From the NCBI GenBank assembly GCA_964492825.1, contig CAZBLP010000004.1, positions 1 through 56,376 of the forward strand: 56,376 nucleotides of DNA, written 5' to 3'. This document shows positions 21,838 through 32,481 of this stretch, piece after piece. Every line of letters starts with the position of its first letter. Within the stretch, counting starts at the first letter, position 1. Source of the stretch: an uncultured bacterium (GTDB lineage Bacteria; DYJV01). The position numbers and the translations under genes were made by a program. The notes beneath the pieces were generated by a model, which saw only the letters and a list, made by a program, of their open reading frames with translations, did no database searches and was not told where the DNA came from.

Positions 21838-23364
21838 CTAATTTAATTCAACCCAATTCTCAAGTCTATATGCCAACTTGTTAAGTGCATTTACAAAACC
21901 CTTGGCACTTGCAACAATAATATCAGTATCAGCTCCTTGGCCCGTAACCTGCTTACCCTGATACTCTATTCTTACCGTCACTTCTCCTAATGCATCAGTA
22001 CCACCTGTGATAGCTTTAACTGCATAGGTAACTAAAGTACAATTAATACCTGTAATTTTCTTAATTGTTTTAAAAGCAGCATCAACAGGACCATCTCCAA
22101 ATTCCGCATCTAATTTTACCTGCCCGTCCACTAACATCTGTATAGTTGCAGAAGGTTTTACAAATGTACCTGAGTTTATGTTAATATACTTTAATTCAAA
22201 TTTATGAGGAATTCTTAATATGTTTTCAGCAACTATTGCATCAATATCTTCGTCATATACAACTTTTTTCTTATCAGCTATATTTTTAAAAGCTTTAAAA
22301 GCTTTTTCAAAATCTTCGTCACTTAATTCATATCCAAGATTTTGCAATTTTGTTTTTAATGCGTGTCTTCCCGAATGTTTACCTAAAACAATTGCTTCCG
22401 TTGATATTCCAATGGTTTCAGGCTTCATAATTTCATACGTCTCTTTTGCTTTTAAAACTCCATCCTGGTGAATACCTGATTCATGAGCAAACGCATTTTT
22501 ACCAACAACTGCTTTATTAGGCTGCACAGATATGCCTGTTATTTGAGAAATTAATTTACTTGTAGGATATATATTTTGAGTAATAATATTTGTATCATAT
22601 TTGTAAAAATCTTTCCTTGTTTTTATTGCCATAACAACTTCCTCAACTGCTGCATTTCCCGCCCTTTCACCTATACCGTTAATGGTTGTTTCTATTTGTC
22701 TTGCTCCTGCTTCTATTGCAGCAAGTGTATTGGCAGTAGCCAGCCCTAAATCATTATGACAGTGAACACTAATTGTAACTTTATCCATATTTACGATTTT
22801 TTCATTTAGATACTTTATAATATTAAAGTATTCTTCTGGCACAGTATAACCTACTGTATCAGGAACATTTATTATAGTAGCACCTGCATCTATAACTTTT
22901 GTAAAAATCTCCACAAGAAAGTCAAGGTCACTCCTTGTGGCATCCTCTGCTGAGAATTCTACATTATCTGTAAACTTTTTAGCAAATTTAACAGAAGCAA
23001 CAGCTCTATCAATTACCTCATCAGGAGTTAATTTAAGCTTAAATTTCATATGAATAGGAGAAGTTGCTATAAATGTATGAATCCTTGGCATATCACTATA
23101 CTTAATTGCTTCATACGCCCTTTCTATATCAGCTTTATTAGCTCTTGCAAGGCCTGCAATTTCAACACCTTTTACTTCCTTGGCAATTCTTTTAACAGCA
23201 TTAAAATCACCTGCACTTGCTATTGGAAATCCTGCTTCAATAATATCAACATTTAATTTTGCAAGCTGTTTAGCAACAATTAATTTTTCATCAGGAGTCA
23301 TGCTTGCACCAGGTGATTGTTCACCATCTCTCAAAGTTGTATCAAATATCTTCACTATTTCCAT
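21838..23364 (-). CDS. leuA: 2-isopropylmalate synthase
   Basis: [33 protein letters not shown]-terminal regulatory domain. Confidence 0.95.
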   Translation of the reverse strand: MEIVKIFDTTLRDGEQSPGASMTPDEKLIVAKQLAKLNVDIIEAGFPIASAGDFNAVKRIAKEVKGVEIAGLARANKADIERAYEAIKYSDMPRIHTFIATSPIHMKFKLKLTPDEVIDRAVASVKFAKKFTDNVEFSAEDATRSDLDFLVEIFTKVIDAGATIINVPDTVGYTVPEEYFNIIKYLNEKIVNMDKVTISVHCHNDLGLATANTLAAIEAGARQIETTINGIGERAGNAAVEEVVMAIKTRKDFYKYDTNIITQNIYPTSKLISQITGISVQPNKAVVGKNAFAHESGIHQDGVLKAKETYEIMKPETIGISTEAIVLGKHSGRHALKTKLQNLGYELSDEDFEKAFKAFKNIADKKKVVYDEDIDAIVAENILRIPHKFELKYININSGTFVKPSATIQMLVDGQVKLDAEFGDGPVDAAFKTIKKITGINCTLVTYAVKAITGGTDALGEVTVRIEYQGKQVTGQGADTDIIVASAKGFVNALNKLAYRLENWVELN

Positions 23365-24103
23365 TACTACTTTCTCCTACAACCTTTTTCCTGAAAATTT
23401 TTTTATATAGAGTTTCCAGAGGACCGGAAATCACATAAAAACCCATTAAAATAAATAAGCTTATTTCAGTTTCTAAAACAACAATCAGAAGAAGTAAAAT
23501 TAAAAAAAACACAAATTTTAATGGCTTCTGTTTTATAAATTGAACTTCTTTAAAGCTCAAATATTTAATATTACTAACCATTAAAAAAGATAAACAGTAA
23601 ACAAGAATTAATAATATAATATTTCTATCAATTGTAATTTTGCCTAATTTGAACATTAGCAATACTGTTGTTGCAATCATACTTGCAGCAGCAGGAATAG
23701 GCAAACCTGTAAATCTACTTTTTTCTGATACTGTAACCATTACATTGAACCTTGCTAATCTAAGCGCTCCACAAGATGTAAACATAAACGCAGCAACCCA
23801 TCCAAATTTACCATAAGGAATCAATGCCCATGTATAAATTAAAATGCTTGGTGCAATTCCAAAAGATATTAAATCAGACAGAGAATCATATTCTACACCG
23901 AACTTGCTTGTAGTGTTTGTAATTCTGGCAACTTTACCATCAGCAATGTCAAAAAAATTAGCAACTAAAATCGCAATTGCAGCATATAAAAATTTGCCGT
24001 TAATTGCAGCTATTATAGCATAAAAACCGCAAAAAAGATTCCCAGTAGTGAAAAGATTGGGGAGCACATAAATTGTTTTTGCTCGAGAAATTTTTTTATC
24101 CAA
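23342..24103 (-). CDS. pssA: CDP-diacylglycerol--serine O-phosphatidyltransferase
   Basis: [14 protein letters not shown]...[15 protein letters not shown]-alcohol phosphotransferase motif. Confidence 0.92.
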   Translation of the reverse strand: MDKKISRAKTIYVLPNLFTTGNLFCGFYAIIAAINGKFLYAAIAILVANFFDIADGKVARITNTTSKFGVEYDSLSDLISFGIAPSILIYTWALIPYGKFGWVAAFMFTSCGALRLARFNVMVTVSEKSRFTGLPIPAAASMIATTVLLMFKLGKITIDRNIILLILVYCLSFLMVSNIKYLSFKEVQFIKQKPLKFVFFLILLLLIVVLETEISLFILMGFYVISGPLETLYKKIFRKKVVGESSNGNSEDI

Positions 24104-24728
24104 TTTTTAAAAACCCTAAAATAGTCTCTCCTCCATAAACCTGCTGGTTTACAGAAACATTTATATCAATTATATCAACAGGAATTTCAACTTCAGCTCT
24201 TGAACCAAATCTTATAAGCCCTATTTTTTCACCTGTATCCAAAATATCACTCTCATTTACATAAGATACAATTCTTCTGGCAATAAGTCCAGCAATCTGA
24301 GTAACTTTATATTCAAAATTGTCACTTTGAATTATATAGGTCATTTTTTCATTATGCTCTGATGCTTTGTCTAAAGAAGCATTGAAAAATTTCCCTTTAT
24401 GATAAAATTTTTTTACAATTTTACCTTTAAATGGTAATCTGTTTATATGCACATCAAATATACTCATAAAAATACTTATTTTATAACATTCTCTGTTTAG
24501 AGATTCTGAGAAAATTTTTTTAATTTCTATAAGTTTGCCGTCAGCAGGAGAAACCAAGCAGTTTTCTGCTATTGGTGAAAACCTCTCTGGATCTCTGAAA
24601 AAATATATTGAAAAAAGCAAAAATAAAAGGATTATTTTTCCAAGTATAACCCAGTGTATTAAAAAAGAAATAACCATTGCAACAGCAATGGTTATAATTA
24701 TTGGATATCCCTCTTTAGTTATTTTCAA
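24096..24728 (-). CDS. psd: phosphatidylserine decarboxylase proenzyme
   Basis: FFRDPER, SPADG, DVHINR, GLIRFGSR autocleavage motif. Confidence 0.92.
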   Translation of the reverse strand: MKITKEGYPIIITIAVAMVISFLIHWVILGKIILLFLLFSIYFFRDPERFSPIAENCLVSPADGKLIEIKKIFSESLNRECYKISIFMSIFDVHINRLPFKGKIVKKFYHKGKFFNASLDKASEHNEKMTYIIQSDNFEYKVTQIAGLIARRIVSYVNESDILDTGEKIGLIRFGSRAEVEIPVDIIDINVSVNQQVYGGETILGFLKIG

Positions 24729-24746
24729 CTTAAATAAACCTCTGAA

Positions 24747-25763
24747 TTAATTTTTATCTTTATCAACGAGCTTTTCTTTTTTCAACCATGGCATCATATC
24801 TCTAAGTTTTTTTCCAACACTCTCAATAAGGTGATTCTCATCATTTTTTGTAAGTGCATTAAAAGTAGGTCTGTTAGTCTGATTCTCAAGCATCCATTCT
24901 TTGGCAAATTCTCCATTTTGAATCTCTGATAATATTTTTTTCATTTCATTTTTAGTGTCACTGTTAACTATACGAGGACCTCTTGTAAGATCACCATATT
25001 GAGCAGTATTACTTACAGAATATCTCATATTTGAGATACCTCCCTCATAAATAAGATCAACTATAAGTTTTAGTTCGTGACAACACTCAAAATAAGCCAT
25101 TTCAGGCGGATAACCGGCTTCTACAAGGGTTTCAAAAGCTGATTTTATAAGCGCTACAACACCGCCACACAAAACAACCTGCTCTCCAAAAAGGTCTGTT
25201 TCTGTTTCATCTTTAAAAGTTGTTTCTATAATACCTGCTTTGCCTCCCCCAATTGCCGTTGCATAGGCAAGGGCAACATCTTTGGTTTTACCTGATGGAT
25301 CCTGCTGTATGGCAATTAACATTGGAACACCTCTGCCATTTACATATTCATGTCTGACAAGATGGCCTGGAGCTTTTGGTGCAACCATAAAAACATTAAT
25401 ATCATCACGAGGTACAATTTGTCCAAAATGAATATTAAAACCATGAGCAAATGCAAGAAAAGCATTTTCTTTAATATACGGAGCAATTTTTTCTTTATAA
25501 ATAGAGCCTTGCAATTCATCTGGAGTGAGAATCATAATCACGTCAGCTTGTTTAGCAGCTTCTTCAACTTCAAGAACTGTCAGACCGCCCTTCTCTGCTT
25601 TTTCCCAAGAACTGCTTCCCTTTCTTAACCCGATTATAACATTCATACCACTGTCTTTCAGGTTGTTGCTATGTGCAAAACCTTGACTTCCATAACCTAT
25701 TACAGCTATTTTCATATCTTTTAAAAGATTAATATTAGCATCATGTTCATAATAAACCTTCAC
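24747..25763 (-). CDS. ilvC: ketol-acid reductoisomerase
   Basis: [30 protein letters not shown]. Confidence 0.97.
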   Translation of the reverse strand: MKVYYEHDANINLLKDMKIAVIGYGSQGFAHSNNLKDSGMNVIIGLRKGSSSWEKAEKGGLTVLEVEEAAKQADVIMILTPDELQGSIYKEKIAPYIKENAFLAFAHGFNIHFGQIVPRDDINVFMVAPKAPGHLVRHEYVNGRGVPMLIAIQQDPSGKTKDVALAYATAIGGGKAGIIETTFKDETETDLFGEQVVLCGGVVALIKSAFETLVEAGYPPEMAYFECCHELKLIVDLIYEGGISNMRYSVSNTAQYGDLTRGPRIVNSDTKNEMKKILSEIQNGEFAKEWMLENQTNRPTFNALTKNDENHLIESVGKKLRDMMPWLKKEKLVDKDKN

Positions 25764-26257
25764 TTTTTCCCCCCTTTTTTGTTTTCTCTTGCCATTGCAA
25801 GTATGCCTGTACGAGCAATTTCTGTAAGACCATATGGTGTCATTAGCTCTATGAAAGCTTCTAATTTATCTTCATCTCCTGTTATTTCTATAATAAAACC
25901 GTTTTTATTTACACTTACAATTTTCCCCCTGAAAACATTAACAAGGTTAATAACCTCACTTCTTTTTGAAACATTCGGATTAATCCTAACAAGTGCAAGC
26001 TCCCTGCCAACAAAATCTTTAATCTCTGTCATATCAATAACACGGATAACATTAATTAATTTATTCAGCTGTTTTTTTATCTGCTCAATTATAATATCAT
26101 CACCCCGTGTAACAAGAGTTATTCTTGATATTTTCGGATCCTTTGTAACAGCAACGTTTAAACTTTCAATATTAAAACCTCTTCCACTGAACAATCCCAC
26201 TACTCTTGACAAAACACCAAATTCATTTTCTACTAAAACGGAAATAACATGTTTCAC
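25760..26257 (-). CDS. ilvH: acetolactate synthase small subunit
   Basis: [31 protein letters not shown] domain, EIARTG; GTG start abutting clpP stop. Confidence 0.93.
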   Translation of the reverse strand: MKHVISVLVENEFGVLSRVVGLFSGRGFNIESLNVAVTKDPKISRITLVTRGDDIIIEQIKKQLNKLINVIRVIDMTEIKDFVGRELALVRINPNVSKRSEVINLVNVFRGKIVSVNKNGFIIEITGDEDKLEAFIELMTPYGLTEIARTGILAMARENKKGGKK

Positions 26258-26851
26258 TTATTCCTCCTCACCCCTTTTTTCAAAAACTTTATCTACAATG
26301 CCATATTTTAAAGCAGCTTGACTATCCATGAAAAAGTCTCTTTCAGTATCTTTCCTAATCTGTTTTAAACTTTTTCCTGTATGTTTTGCAAGAATTTCAT
26401 TAATTCTTTCTTTAATCCTGATAATTTCCTTTGCATGAATGGCAATATCAGTTGCCTGTCCTTCTGAGCCTCCTAAAGGTTGATGCAACATAACTCTTGA
26501 GTTGGGCAAAGCATATCTTTTGCCTTTTGCTCCTGCAGCAAGCAGTACTGCAGCCATACTTGCAGCTTGCCCTATACAAATAGTTGATACATCAGCTTTT
26601 ATATATTGCATGGTATCATAAATAGCCATACCTGATGTTACAACTCCTCCGGGACTGTTAATGTATAAATAAATATCTTTATCAGGATCATCAGCTTCCA
26701 AAAAGAGAAGCTGAGCTATTATGGAATTGGATATTGTGTCATTAATCGGAGAACCGAGCATAATAATTCTGTCCCTAAGCAATCTTGAATATATATCATA
26801 AACTCTTTCACCTTTTGATGTTGTTTCAATAACATATGGAACTAAATTCAT
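26258..26851 (-). CDS. clpP: ATP-dependent Clp protease proteolytic subunit
   Basis: YINSPGG, QAASM, MLHQP, RDFFM. Confidence 0.97.
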   Translation of the reverse strand: MNLVPYVIETTSKGERVYDIYSRLLRDRIIMLGSPINDTISNSIIAQLLFLEADDPDKDIYLYINSPGGVVTSGMAIYDTMQYIKADVSTICIGQAASMAAVLLAAGAKGKRYALPNSRVMLHQPLGGSEGQATDIAIHAKEIIRIKERINEILAKHTGKSLKQIRKDTERDFFMDSQAALKYGIVDKVFEKRGEEE

Positions 26852-28152
26852 TAATCCTCCTTGCTGTTTTCTTCTTCTTTTTCCTCTGTTTCTTCTGTTG
26901 GTTCAGTATATTTTACATTTATATTTTCAATTAAAAAATCAAAGGTCTTTTCAGTTAAAACCTTATCATGCATATTCTTAAACAAATTTTCATTTTTCAA
27001 ATAAATATCTCTAATAGTATTTATATCCATATTAAAAGCTTTGGACATTTTCTCAAGTTCTTTGTCAAGGTCTTCTTTCAATACTTTAATATTTTCTTTT
27101 TGTTCTATTTTTTCAAGAATAATTGAGTTTTGTATTTGCTTAACAGCTATTTCCCTTATTCTTTCATTGTAATCCTCTTCTTTTTCAGATGGAAGTTGTG
27201 GTGTATTTTTTTTCAAAAAATCTATTTGCTTTTCAATTAATTTTTCCGGAAACTGAAATTTATGTTCTTCTCTCAATTTTTCCATAAGTTTTTCTATTAT
27301 TTCATTTCTTATTTGCTGCTTGAAATTCTCTTCTAAATCCTGCTTTACTTTATCTTTAAACTCTTCCACACTGGTGTATTCTTCACCGAATTGTTTAATA
27401 AACTCCTCATCAAGTTCTGGAACAACAGGTTTTTTAATCCATTTCACTTTTATTTTAAAAGTTGCTTCTTTTTCCTCATTATCAACTAATATATTGTGGG
27501 TAACTTCAGTTTCATCATTTTTGGTTAACCCTATAAAATAATTATCAAAATCAGGAAGAAAAGTATTTTCACCAATTGTAATAACCAATTCTTCTTTTGA
27601 AAACTTTTCATTTTTCTCACCATCTATAAAAGCTTCTACTTCTGCTACTACCTGAAATCCTTCTTCTACTGGAGTATTGTCATCTTCAATATCTTCAAAA
27701 TATGTAAATCTTTTTAATATTGACTGAATTGAATCATTTAACATATCTTCTGTAACTTCTAATTTTTCAACTTCTATTTCTATACCCTTATAATCTTTTA
27801 ATTCAAACTCCTCTATACAGTCAAATTCCGCTGTGTAAGAAAAATCTTTGCCTTCGTCTATATCTGAAATTTCTTTAACTGAAGGCTCGCCTATATAAAC
27901 AATCTTTTCATCTGTAACAGCTTTGGTCAGAGAATCATTAATAAGCTTATTTACAACTTCATACTTAGCAGAATCACCATAAAGCTTTTTAACTAAGTGT
28001 AAAGGAATTTTACCTTTTCTAAAACCTTTTAAAGATGCTTTTTTCTTGATTTTCTGGAATTCTGACATTAATTCTTTGTCAACTGTTTCTTTGGGTATTT
28101 TTACTTTTAATATTTTTTGAACCGCTGTAGGCTGTTCTAACTGTACTTCCAT
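26851..28152 (-). CDS. tig: trigger factor
   Basis: GFRKGKIP ribosome-binding motif, FKBP-like middle domain, position before clpP. Confidence 0.92.
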   Translation of the reverse strand: MEVQLEQPTAVQKILKVKIPKETVDKELMSEFQKIKKKASLKGFRKGKIPLHLVKKLYGDSAKYEVVNKLINDSLTKAVTDEKIVYIGEPSVKEISDIDEGKDFSYTAEFDCIEEFELKDYKGIEIEVEKLEVTEDMLNDSIQSILKRFTYFEDIEDDNTPVEEGFQVVAEVEAFIDGEKNEKFSKEELVITIGENTFLPDFDNYFIGLTKNDETEVTHNILVDNEEKEATFKIKVKWIKKPVVPELDEEFIKQFGEEYTSVEEFKDKVKQDLEENFKQQIRNEIIEKLMEKLREEHKFQFPEKLIEKQIDFLKKNTPQLPSEKEEDYNERIREIAVKQIQNSIILEKIEQKENIKVLKEDLDKELEKMSKAFNMDINTIRDIYLKNENLFKNMHDKVLTEKTFDFLIENINVKYTEPTEETEEKEEENSKED

Positions 28153-28260
28153 TTTCTTGCTCCTTTTTTTTGAAAAGTAAGTATCATTATAACAATAATA
28201 GATATAAAGGTCAATAATTTTAAATAAAAAATTTTAATGAAAAAAAATAATAAAAACATA

Positions 28261-28293
28261 TTGACAGTTAACGTAATATATTGTATACAGTAT
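28261..28293 (+). promoter_or_regulatory. sigma-70 promoter with overlapping palindromic operator for the fumarase-hdr-frd operon
   Basis: TTGACA (28261-66); 16-bp near-palindrome ATATTGTATACAGTAT (28278-93) over the -10 region. Confidence 0.55.
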
Positions 28294-28320
28294 CCAATAA
28301 TTTTTTGAAGGATTTAAAAA

Positions 28321-29160
28321 ATGAGAAAAATTGATGTGTCAGAGATAAAAACAAAAGTTAAACAAATGTGTATGGATGCAAATTTTTATCTTGGCAAGGA
28401 TGTTGTCGATTCATTTAAAAAAAGTCTTGAGATTGAGGAATCAGATACAGGAAAGCATATTTTAAATGTTTTACTTCAAAATTCGGAAATAGCCAAAACC
28501 GAACATATTCCTATTTGCCAGGATACTGGCGTTGCGGTAATTTTTCTTGAAATTGGCCAAGATATACATTTTGTCGGAGGAGACCTTTACAAAGCAATAA
28601 ACGATGGTGTCAGGGAAGGATACCAAGAAGGTTATTTAAGGAAATCCATGTGTGACCCGTTTACAAGAAAAAATACAGGCGATAACACTCCGGCGGTTAT
28701 ACATTTTAAGATAGTACCTGGAGATAAAGTCAAGCTCATTGTTGCGCCAAAAGGTGGCGGAAGTGAAAATATGAGTTTGCAGCAAATGTTAAAGCCAGCA
28801 GATGGAATAGAAGGAATAAAAAAAATGATAATAGATAGAGCTTCTGTTGCAGGCCCTAACCCTTGCCCTCCTGTAATTATTGGCGTTGGAATAGGTGGTA
28901 ATTTTGAAAGAAGCACTATTTTGTCCAAAGAAGCTCTTTTGAGAGAAATTGGTAGCAGTAACCCCGACCCTGAACTTGATAAAATTGAAAAAGAATTATT
29001 AGAGAAAATTAATAATCTTGGTATGGGCCCTCAGGGATTAGGCGGCAGAGTTTATTGTCTTGCAGTGCACATTAAAAAGGAACCTTGTCATATAGCATCG
29101 CTTCCTGTTGCTATAAATTTTCAATGTCATGCAGCAAGACATAAAGAAGTTGTAATTTAA
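28321..29160 (+). CDS. class I fumarate hydratase, alpha subunit (FumA/TtdA N-terminal family)
   Basis: PICQDTG, KGGGSEN, GPNPCPP, CHIASLPV, CHAARH. Confidence 0.92.
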   Translation: MRKIDVSEIKTKVKQMCMDANFYLGKDVVDSFKKSLEIEESDTGKHILNVLLQNSEIAKTEHIPICQDTGVAVIFLEIGQDIHFVGGDLYKAINDGVREGYQEGYLRKSMCDPFTRKNTGDNTPAVIHFKIVPGDKVKLIVAPKGGGSENMSLQQMLKPADGIEGIKKMIIDRASVAGPNPCPPVIIGVGIGGNFERSTILSKEALLREIGSSNPDPELDKIEKELLEKINNLGMGPQGLGGRVYCLAVHIKKEPCHIASLPVAINFQCHAARHKEVVI

Positions 29161-29171
29161 GGAGAAAACAG

Positions 29172-29732
29172 ATGTCTGATATAATTAAAATACATGCACC
29201 ATTAACTGACGATGTTTTGGAAAATTTAAAAGCCGGTGATAATGTCCTTATTTCAGGAACAATATATACAGGGAGGGATGCTGCGCATAAAAGATTGACA
29301 GATTTAATAAAAAAAGGTAAAGAACTCCCTTTTGATATAAAAGGTCAGATAATATACTTTGTTGGCCCTACCCCACCAAAACCTGGCAAGGTTATTGGTG
29401 CTTGCGGGCCTACTACAAGTTACAGAATGGACCCTTATTCTCCTTTGCTTATAGAACACGGATTAAAAGGTATGATAGGCAAAGGTACAAGATCTCAGGA
29501 AGTTAAAGATTCAATGGTTAAATATAAAGCTGTTTATTTTGCCGCAATTGGCGGAGCAGGAGCTCTAATAAGCGAATGTATTAAAGAAGCTGAGATAATA
29601 GCTTATGAGGATTTAGGCCCCGAAGCTATTAGGAGGCTTGTTGTAAAAGATTTTCCAGTTGTCGTTGTAAATGATATTTACGGCAATGACCTTTATGAAA
29701 TAGGTAGAGCTAAATACGCTAAAAATGATTGA
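29172..29732 (+). CDS. class I fumarate hydratase, beta subunit
   Basis: GRDAAHKR, GPTTSYRM, IGKG, DLGPEA. Confidence 0.92.
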   Translation: MSDIIKIHAPLTDDVLENLKAGDNVLISGTIYTGRDAAHKRLTDLIKKGKELPFDIKGQIIYFVGPTPPKPGKVIGACGPTTSYRMDPYSPLLIEHGLKGMIGKGTRSQEVKDSMVKYKAVYFAAIGGAGALISECIKEAEIIAYEDLGPEAIRRLVVKDFPVVVVNDIYGNDLYEIGRAKYAKND

Positions 29733-29746
29733 TTCAGGAGGATTGG

Positions 29747-30157
29747 ATGAAAACTAAATTATCTAAAGAATCTATTGATTCTGAAATAATTGAGAAAATA
29801 GAAGAAATAAGTGGCGAAAATATATATAAATGTTATCAATGCGGTAAATGTTCAGCAGGATGTCCTGCTGTTGAAGAGATGGATATAATGCCTTCACAGG
29901 CAATAAGGTTCCTTCAGCTTGGCATGTACGATAAAGTTCTTAATAGTAAAACAATATGGATTTGTGCTTCCTGTATAATGTGCTTTAACAGATGCCCAAA
30001 AGGAGTTGATTTTGCCAAAATTGCAGAAGCTTGCAGAATGATTAAGTTGCGTAAAGAAGGAAGTAAAATAGAAGTAATTGATTTTGACGAAGATTATAGA
30101 AAAAGAGCGCCTCAAATAGCTTTTATAAGCTGTTATAGAAAATTTTCTTCATTATAG
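29747..30157 (+). CDS. hdrC: heterodisulfide reductase subunit C-like (HdrC1)
   Basis: CYQCGKCSAGCP and CASCIMCFNRCP; GGAGG RBS favours ATG 29747 over the track start 29729. Confidence 0.85.
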   Translation: MKTKLSKESIDSEIIEKIEEISGENIYKCYQCGKCSAGCPAVEEMDIMPSQAIRFLQLGMYDKVLNSKTIWICASCIMCFNRCPKGVDFAKIAEACRMIKLRKEGSKIEVIDFDEDYRKRAPQIAFISCYRKFSSL

Positions 30158-30159
30158 TA

Positions 30160-30217
30160 ATTGGATTTAGGATTTTGATATATTCCGGATCTTAAGTCCT
30201 AATCTAAAAATCCAAAT
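30160..30217. repeat. intergenic imperfect hairpin of GGATTTA/AAGTCCT-type heptamers
   Basis: TTGGATTT(30161-68) pairs with AAATCCAA(30208-15); AGGATTT pairs with AAGTCCT. Confidence 0.5.
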
Positions 30218-30232
30218 ACGTAGGAGTTTAAA

Positions 30233-31105
30233 ATGGAATTTGCTTATTTTCCAGGCTGTACATTATATACAAAAGCTACTCATCTCGACCATGCAGGAAG
30301 AGAATCAGCTAAAAAATTAGGCTTTGAATTAAAAGAGCTTGATAATTGGACATGTTGCGGTGCTTCATTTCCACTTGTTAATGATTATCATATGGGACTT
30401 GCATCATGTTCAAGAGTTTTAGCAGATACTAAAAATGAAGGATATGACAAATTAGTGACTCTCTGCTCAGTATGTTATAATGTATTAAAGAGGACCAATT
30501 ATGTTTTAAAAAATGATGAAGAAAGAAGATATAAAATAACAGAATTTATAGAAAGAGAATATCATGGAGAGTTAGATGTTACTCATTATCTGGAAATTAT
30601 AAGAGATGAAATAGGGTTTGATAATTTAAAAGAGAAAGTTATAAAACCTCTTAAAGATTTAAAAGTGGCTGTTTATTACGGGTGTTTGCTTTTAAGACCT
30701 CATAAAGAGATTCAGTTTGATGATCCAGAAAATCCTTCAATTTTTGAGAATTTTATGTGTGCATTAGGTGCAGAAGATGTTTACTTTCCATACAAAAATG
30801 AATGTTGCGGTGCATTTCAGGTAATGAATAACGTTGAAACTGCCAACAGATGCTCACATAATATAATTGAAAATGCAATTAAAAACGGAGCTGACTTAAT
30901 AGTAACTTCATGTCCGCTTTGTCAGTTTAATTTAGATGACAGACAAAAGATTTTAACAGAAACATACGATAAGTTTAATACAATTCCTGTAGTTTATTTT
31001 ACACAATTATTGGGCCTTGCAATGGGGCTGGATTACGAGGTTCTTGAATTTGAAAGAAATTTTGTTGATCCGAGACCTGTTTTAAAAGAAAAGGGACTTA
31101 TTTAA
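30233..31105 (+). CDS. hdrB: heterodisulfide reductase subunit B (HdrB1)
   Basis: two complete CCG domains: YFPGC/WTCCG/CSVC and YYGC/ECCG/CPLC. Confidence 0.92.
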   Translation: MEFAYFPGCTLYTKATHLDHAGRESAKKLGFELKELDNWTCCGASFPLVNDYHMGLASCSRVLADTKNEGYDKLVTLCSVCYNVLKRTNYVLKNDEERRYKITEFIEREYHGELDVTHYLEIIRDEIGFDNLKEKVIKPLKDLKVAVYYGCLLLRPHKEIQFDDPENPSIFENFMCALGAEDVYFPYKNECCGAFQVMNNVETANRCSHNIIENAIKNGADLIVTSCPLCQFNLDDRQKILTETYDKFNTIPVVYFTQLLGLAMGLDYEVLEFERNFVDPRPVLKEKGLI

Positions 31106-31137
31106 AAAATTTTTAACTATTTTTTAGGGGAATATAA

Positions 31138-32466
31138 ATGTCAGATTTTGTTAAAAGGGTTTTGGTTATAGGTGGCGGAATAGCAGGTATTACAGCAGCT
31201 ATTGATATTGGCAATGCCGGTTATGAAGTTGTTATGGTTGAAAAACTGCCAAGTGTTGGCGGTAGGATGCTTCAACTTTCAGAAACTTTTCCTACTCTTG
31301 ATTGTGCTCAATGTACTCTTACTCCAAGAACCGTTGAGACAGGACAACATCCTAATGTTAAACTCTATACATATGCAGAGGTTGTTAATGTGGAAGGAGA
31401 AGCCGGTAATTTTAAAATAAAAATCAGAAGAAAGCCAACTTATGTTGATTGGAGTAAATGTACAGGATGTGGCACATGCGTTGAGAAATGCCCTGCTAAA
31501 GTTCCTTCTGAATTTGAAAGAGATGCTGGAAAAGGAAAAGCAATTTACACTTTATCTCCCCAGGCAGTTCCAAATAAACCGGTAATAAACGCTGATTATT
31601 GCAGAATGCTTACAAAAGGCAAATGCGGAGTTTGTTCTAAGGTCTGTCCTGTTGGAGCAATTGATTATAAACAAACAGAAAGTTTTTTTGAAGAAGAAGT
31701 TGGAGCCATTATTGTAGCAACCGGTTTTCAAGTATACAACAAAAGTAATTTAAAAGATTATGGAGCAGGAAATATCCCTGATGTAATAGACGGACTTACA
31801 ATGGAAAGATTTTTATCAGCTTCAGGCCCTACAACAGGTGTTGTAAAAAGGCCTTCTGATGGCAAAATTCCAAAAGAGATAGTTTTTGTGCAATGTGCAG
31901 GCTCCAGAGATCCTGAATTTCATAAGCCTTATTGTTCAAGAATTTGCTGTATGTATACTGCAAAACATGCCAAATTGTACAAACATAAAGTACATGACGG
32001 TAAAGCTTATATTTTTTACATAGATATACGATCTACAGGAAAGGGATATGAACAGTTTATTCAGCAGACAATGGAAGAGGAAAGAGTTGTATATGTCAGA
32101 GGCAAAGTTTCCAAAATTTTTCAGGATGGCGATAAAGTTGTAGTTTGGGGCTCTGACACTTTAACTGGAGAAAAAATAGAGATTTCCGCTGATATGGTAG
32201 TATTGGCTGCTGCTGTTGAGCCTAATCCTGAAGCAAAAGAAATAGCAGAAACTTTAGGGATAGATATTAATGAATTAGGTTTTTTTAAAGAAAAAGATTA
32301 TAAAACAAGCTCAAATGAAACAAACAGAGAAGGAATTTATCTTGCAGGCTGCTGCCAAGGAATTAGAGATATTGCAGATTCCACAGCTCATGCAAGTGCG
32401 GCTGCAAGCAAAGTTCATGTATTGTTTGAAAAATTAAGTAATAAACTTGCTAAAAAAAGTTGTTAA
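31138..32466 (+). CDS. hdrA: short HdrA-like flavoprotein lacking N- and C-terminal Fe-S domains
   Basis: starts at GGGIAG; FPTLDCAQC; inserted ferredoxin; QCAGSRD...YCSRICCMYTAK; ends after GCCQG. Confidence 0.88.
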   Translation: MSDFVKRVLVIGGGIAGITAAIDIGNAGYEVVMVEKLPSVGGRMLQLSETFPTLDCAQCTLTPRTVETGQHPNVKLYTYAEVVNVEGEAGNFKIKIRRKPTYVDWSKCTGCGTCVEKCPAKVPSEFERDAGKGKAIYTLSPQAVPNKPVINADYCRMLTKGKCGVCSKVCPVGAIDYKQTESFFEEEVGAIIVATGFQVYNKSNLKDYGAGNIPDVIDGLTMERFLSASGPTTGVVKRPSDGKIPKEIVFVQCAGSRDPEFHKPYCSRICCMYTAKHAKLYKHKVHDGKAYIFYIDIRSTGKGYEQFIQQTMEEERVVYVRGKVSKIFQDGDKVVVWGSDTLTGEKIEISADMVVLAAAVEPNPEAKEIAETLGIDINELGFFKEKDYKTSSNETNREGIYLAGCCQGIRDIADSTAHASAAASKVHVLFEKLSNKLAKKSC

Positions 32467-32481
32467 AAGAGGAATAATAAA

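Noticed and set aside
25743-26321. 192-aa plus-strand ORF
   Set aside because: Antisense shadow of ilvH/clpP with no motifs. The same applies to the other short track ORFs overlapping recognised genes (e.g. 1953-2240, 10160-10552, 10860-11363, 21410-21823, 41371-41832, 41951-42337, 55775-56032).
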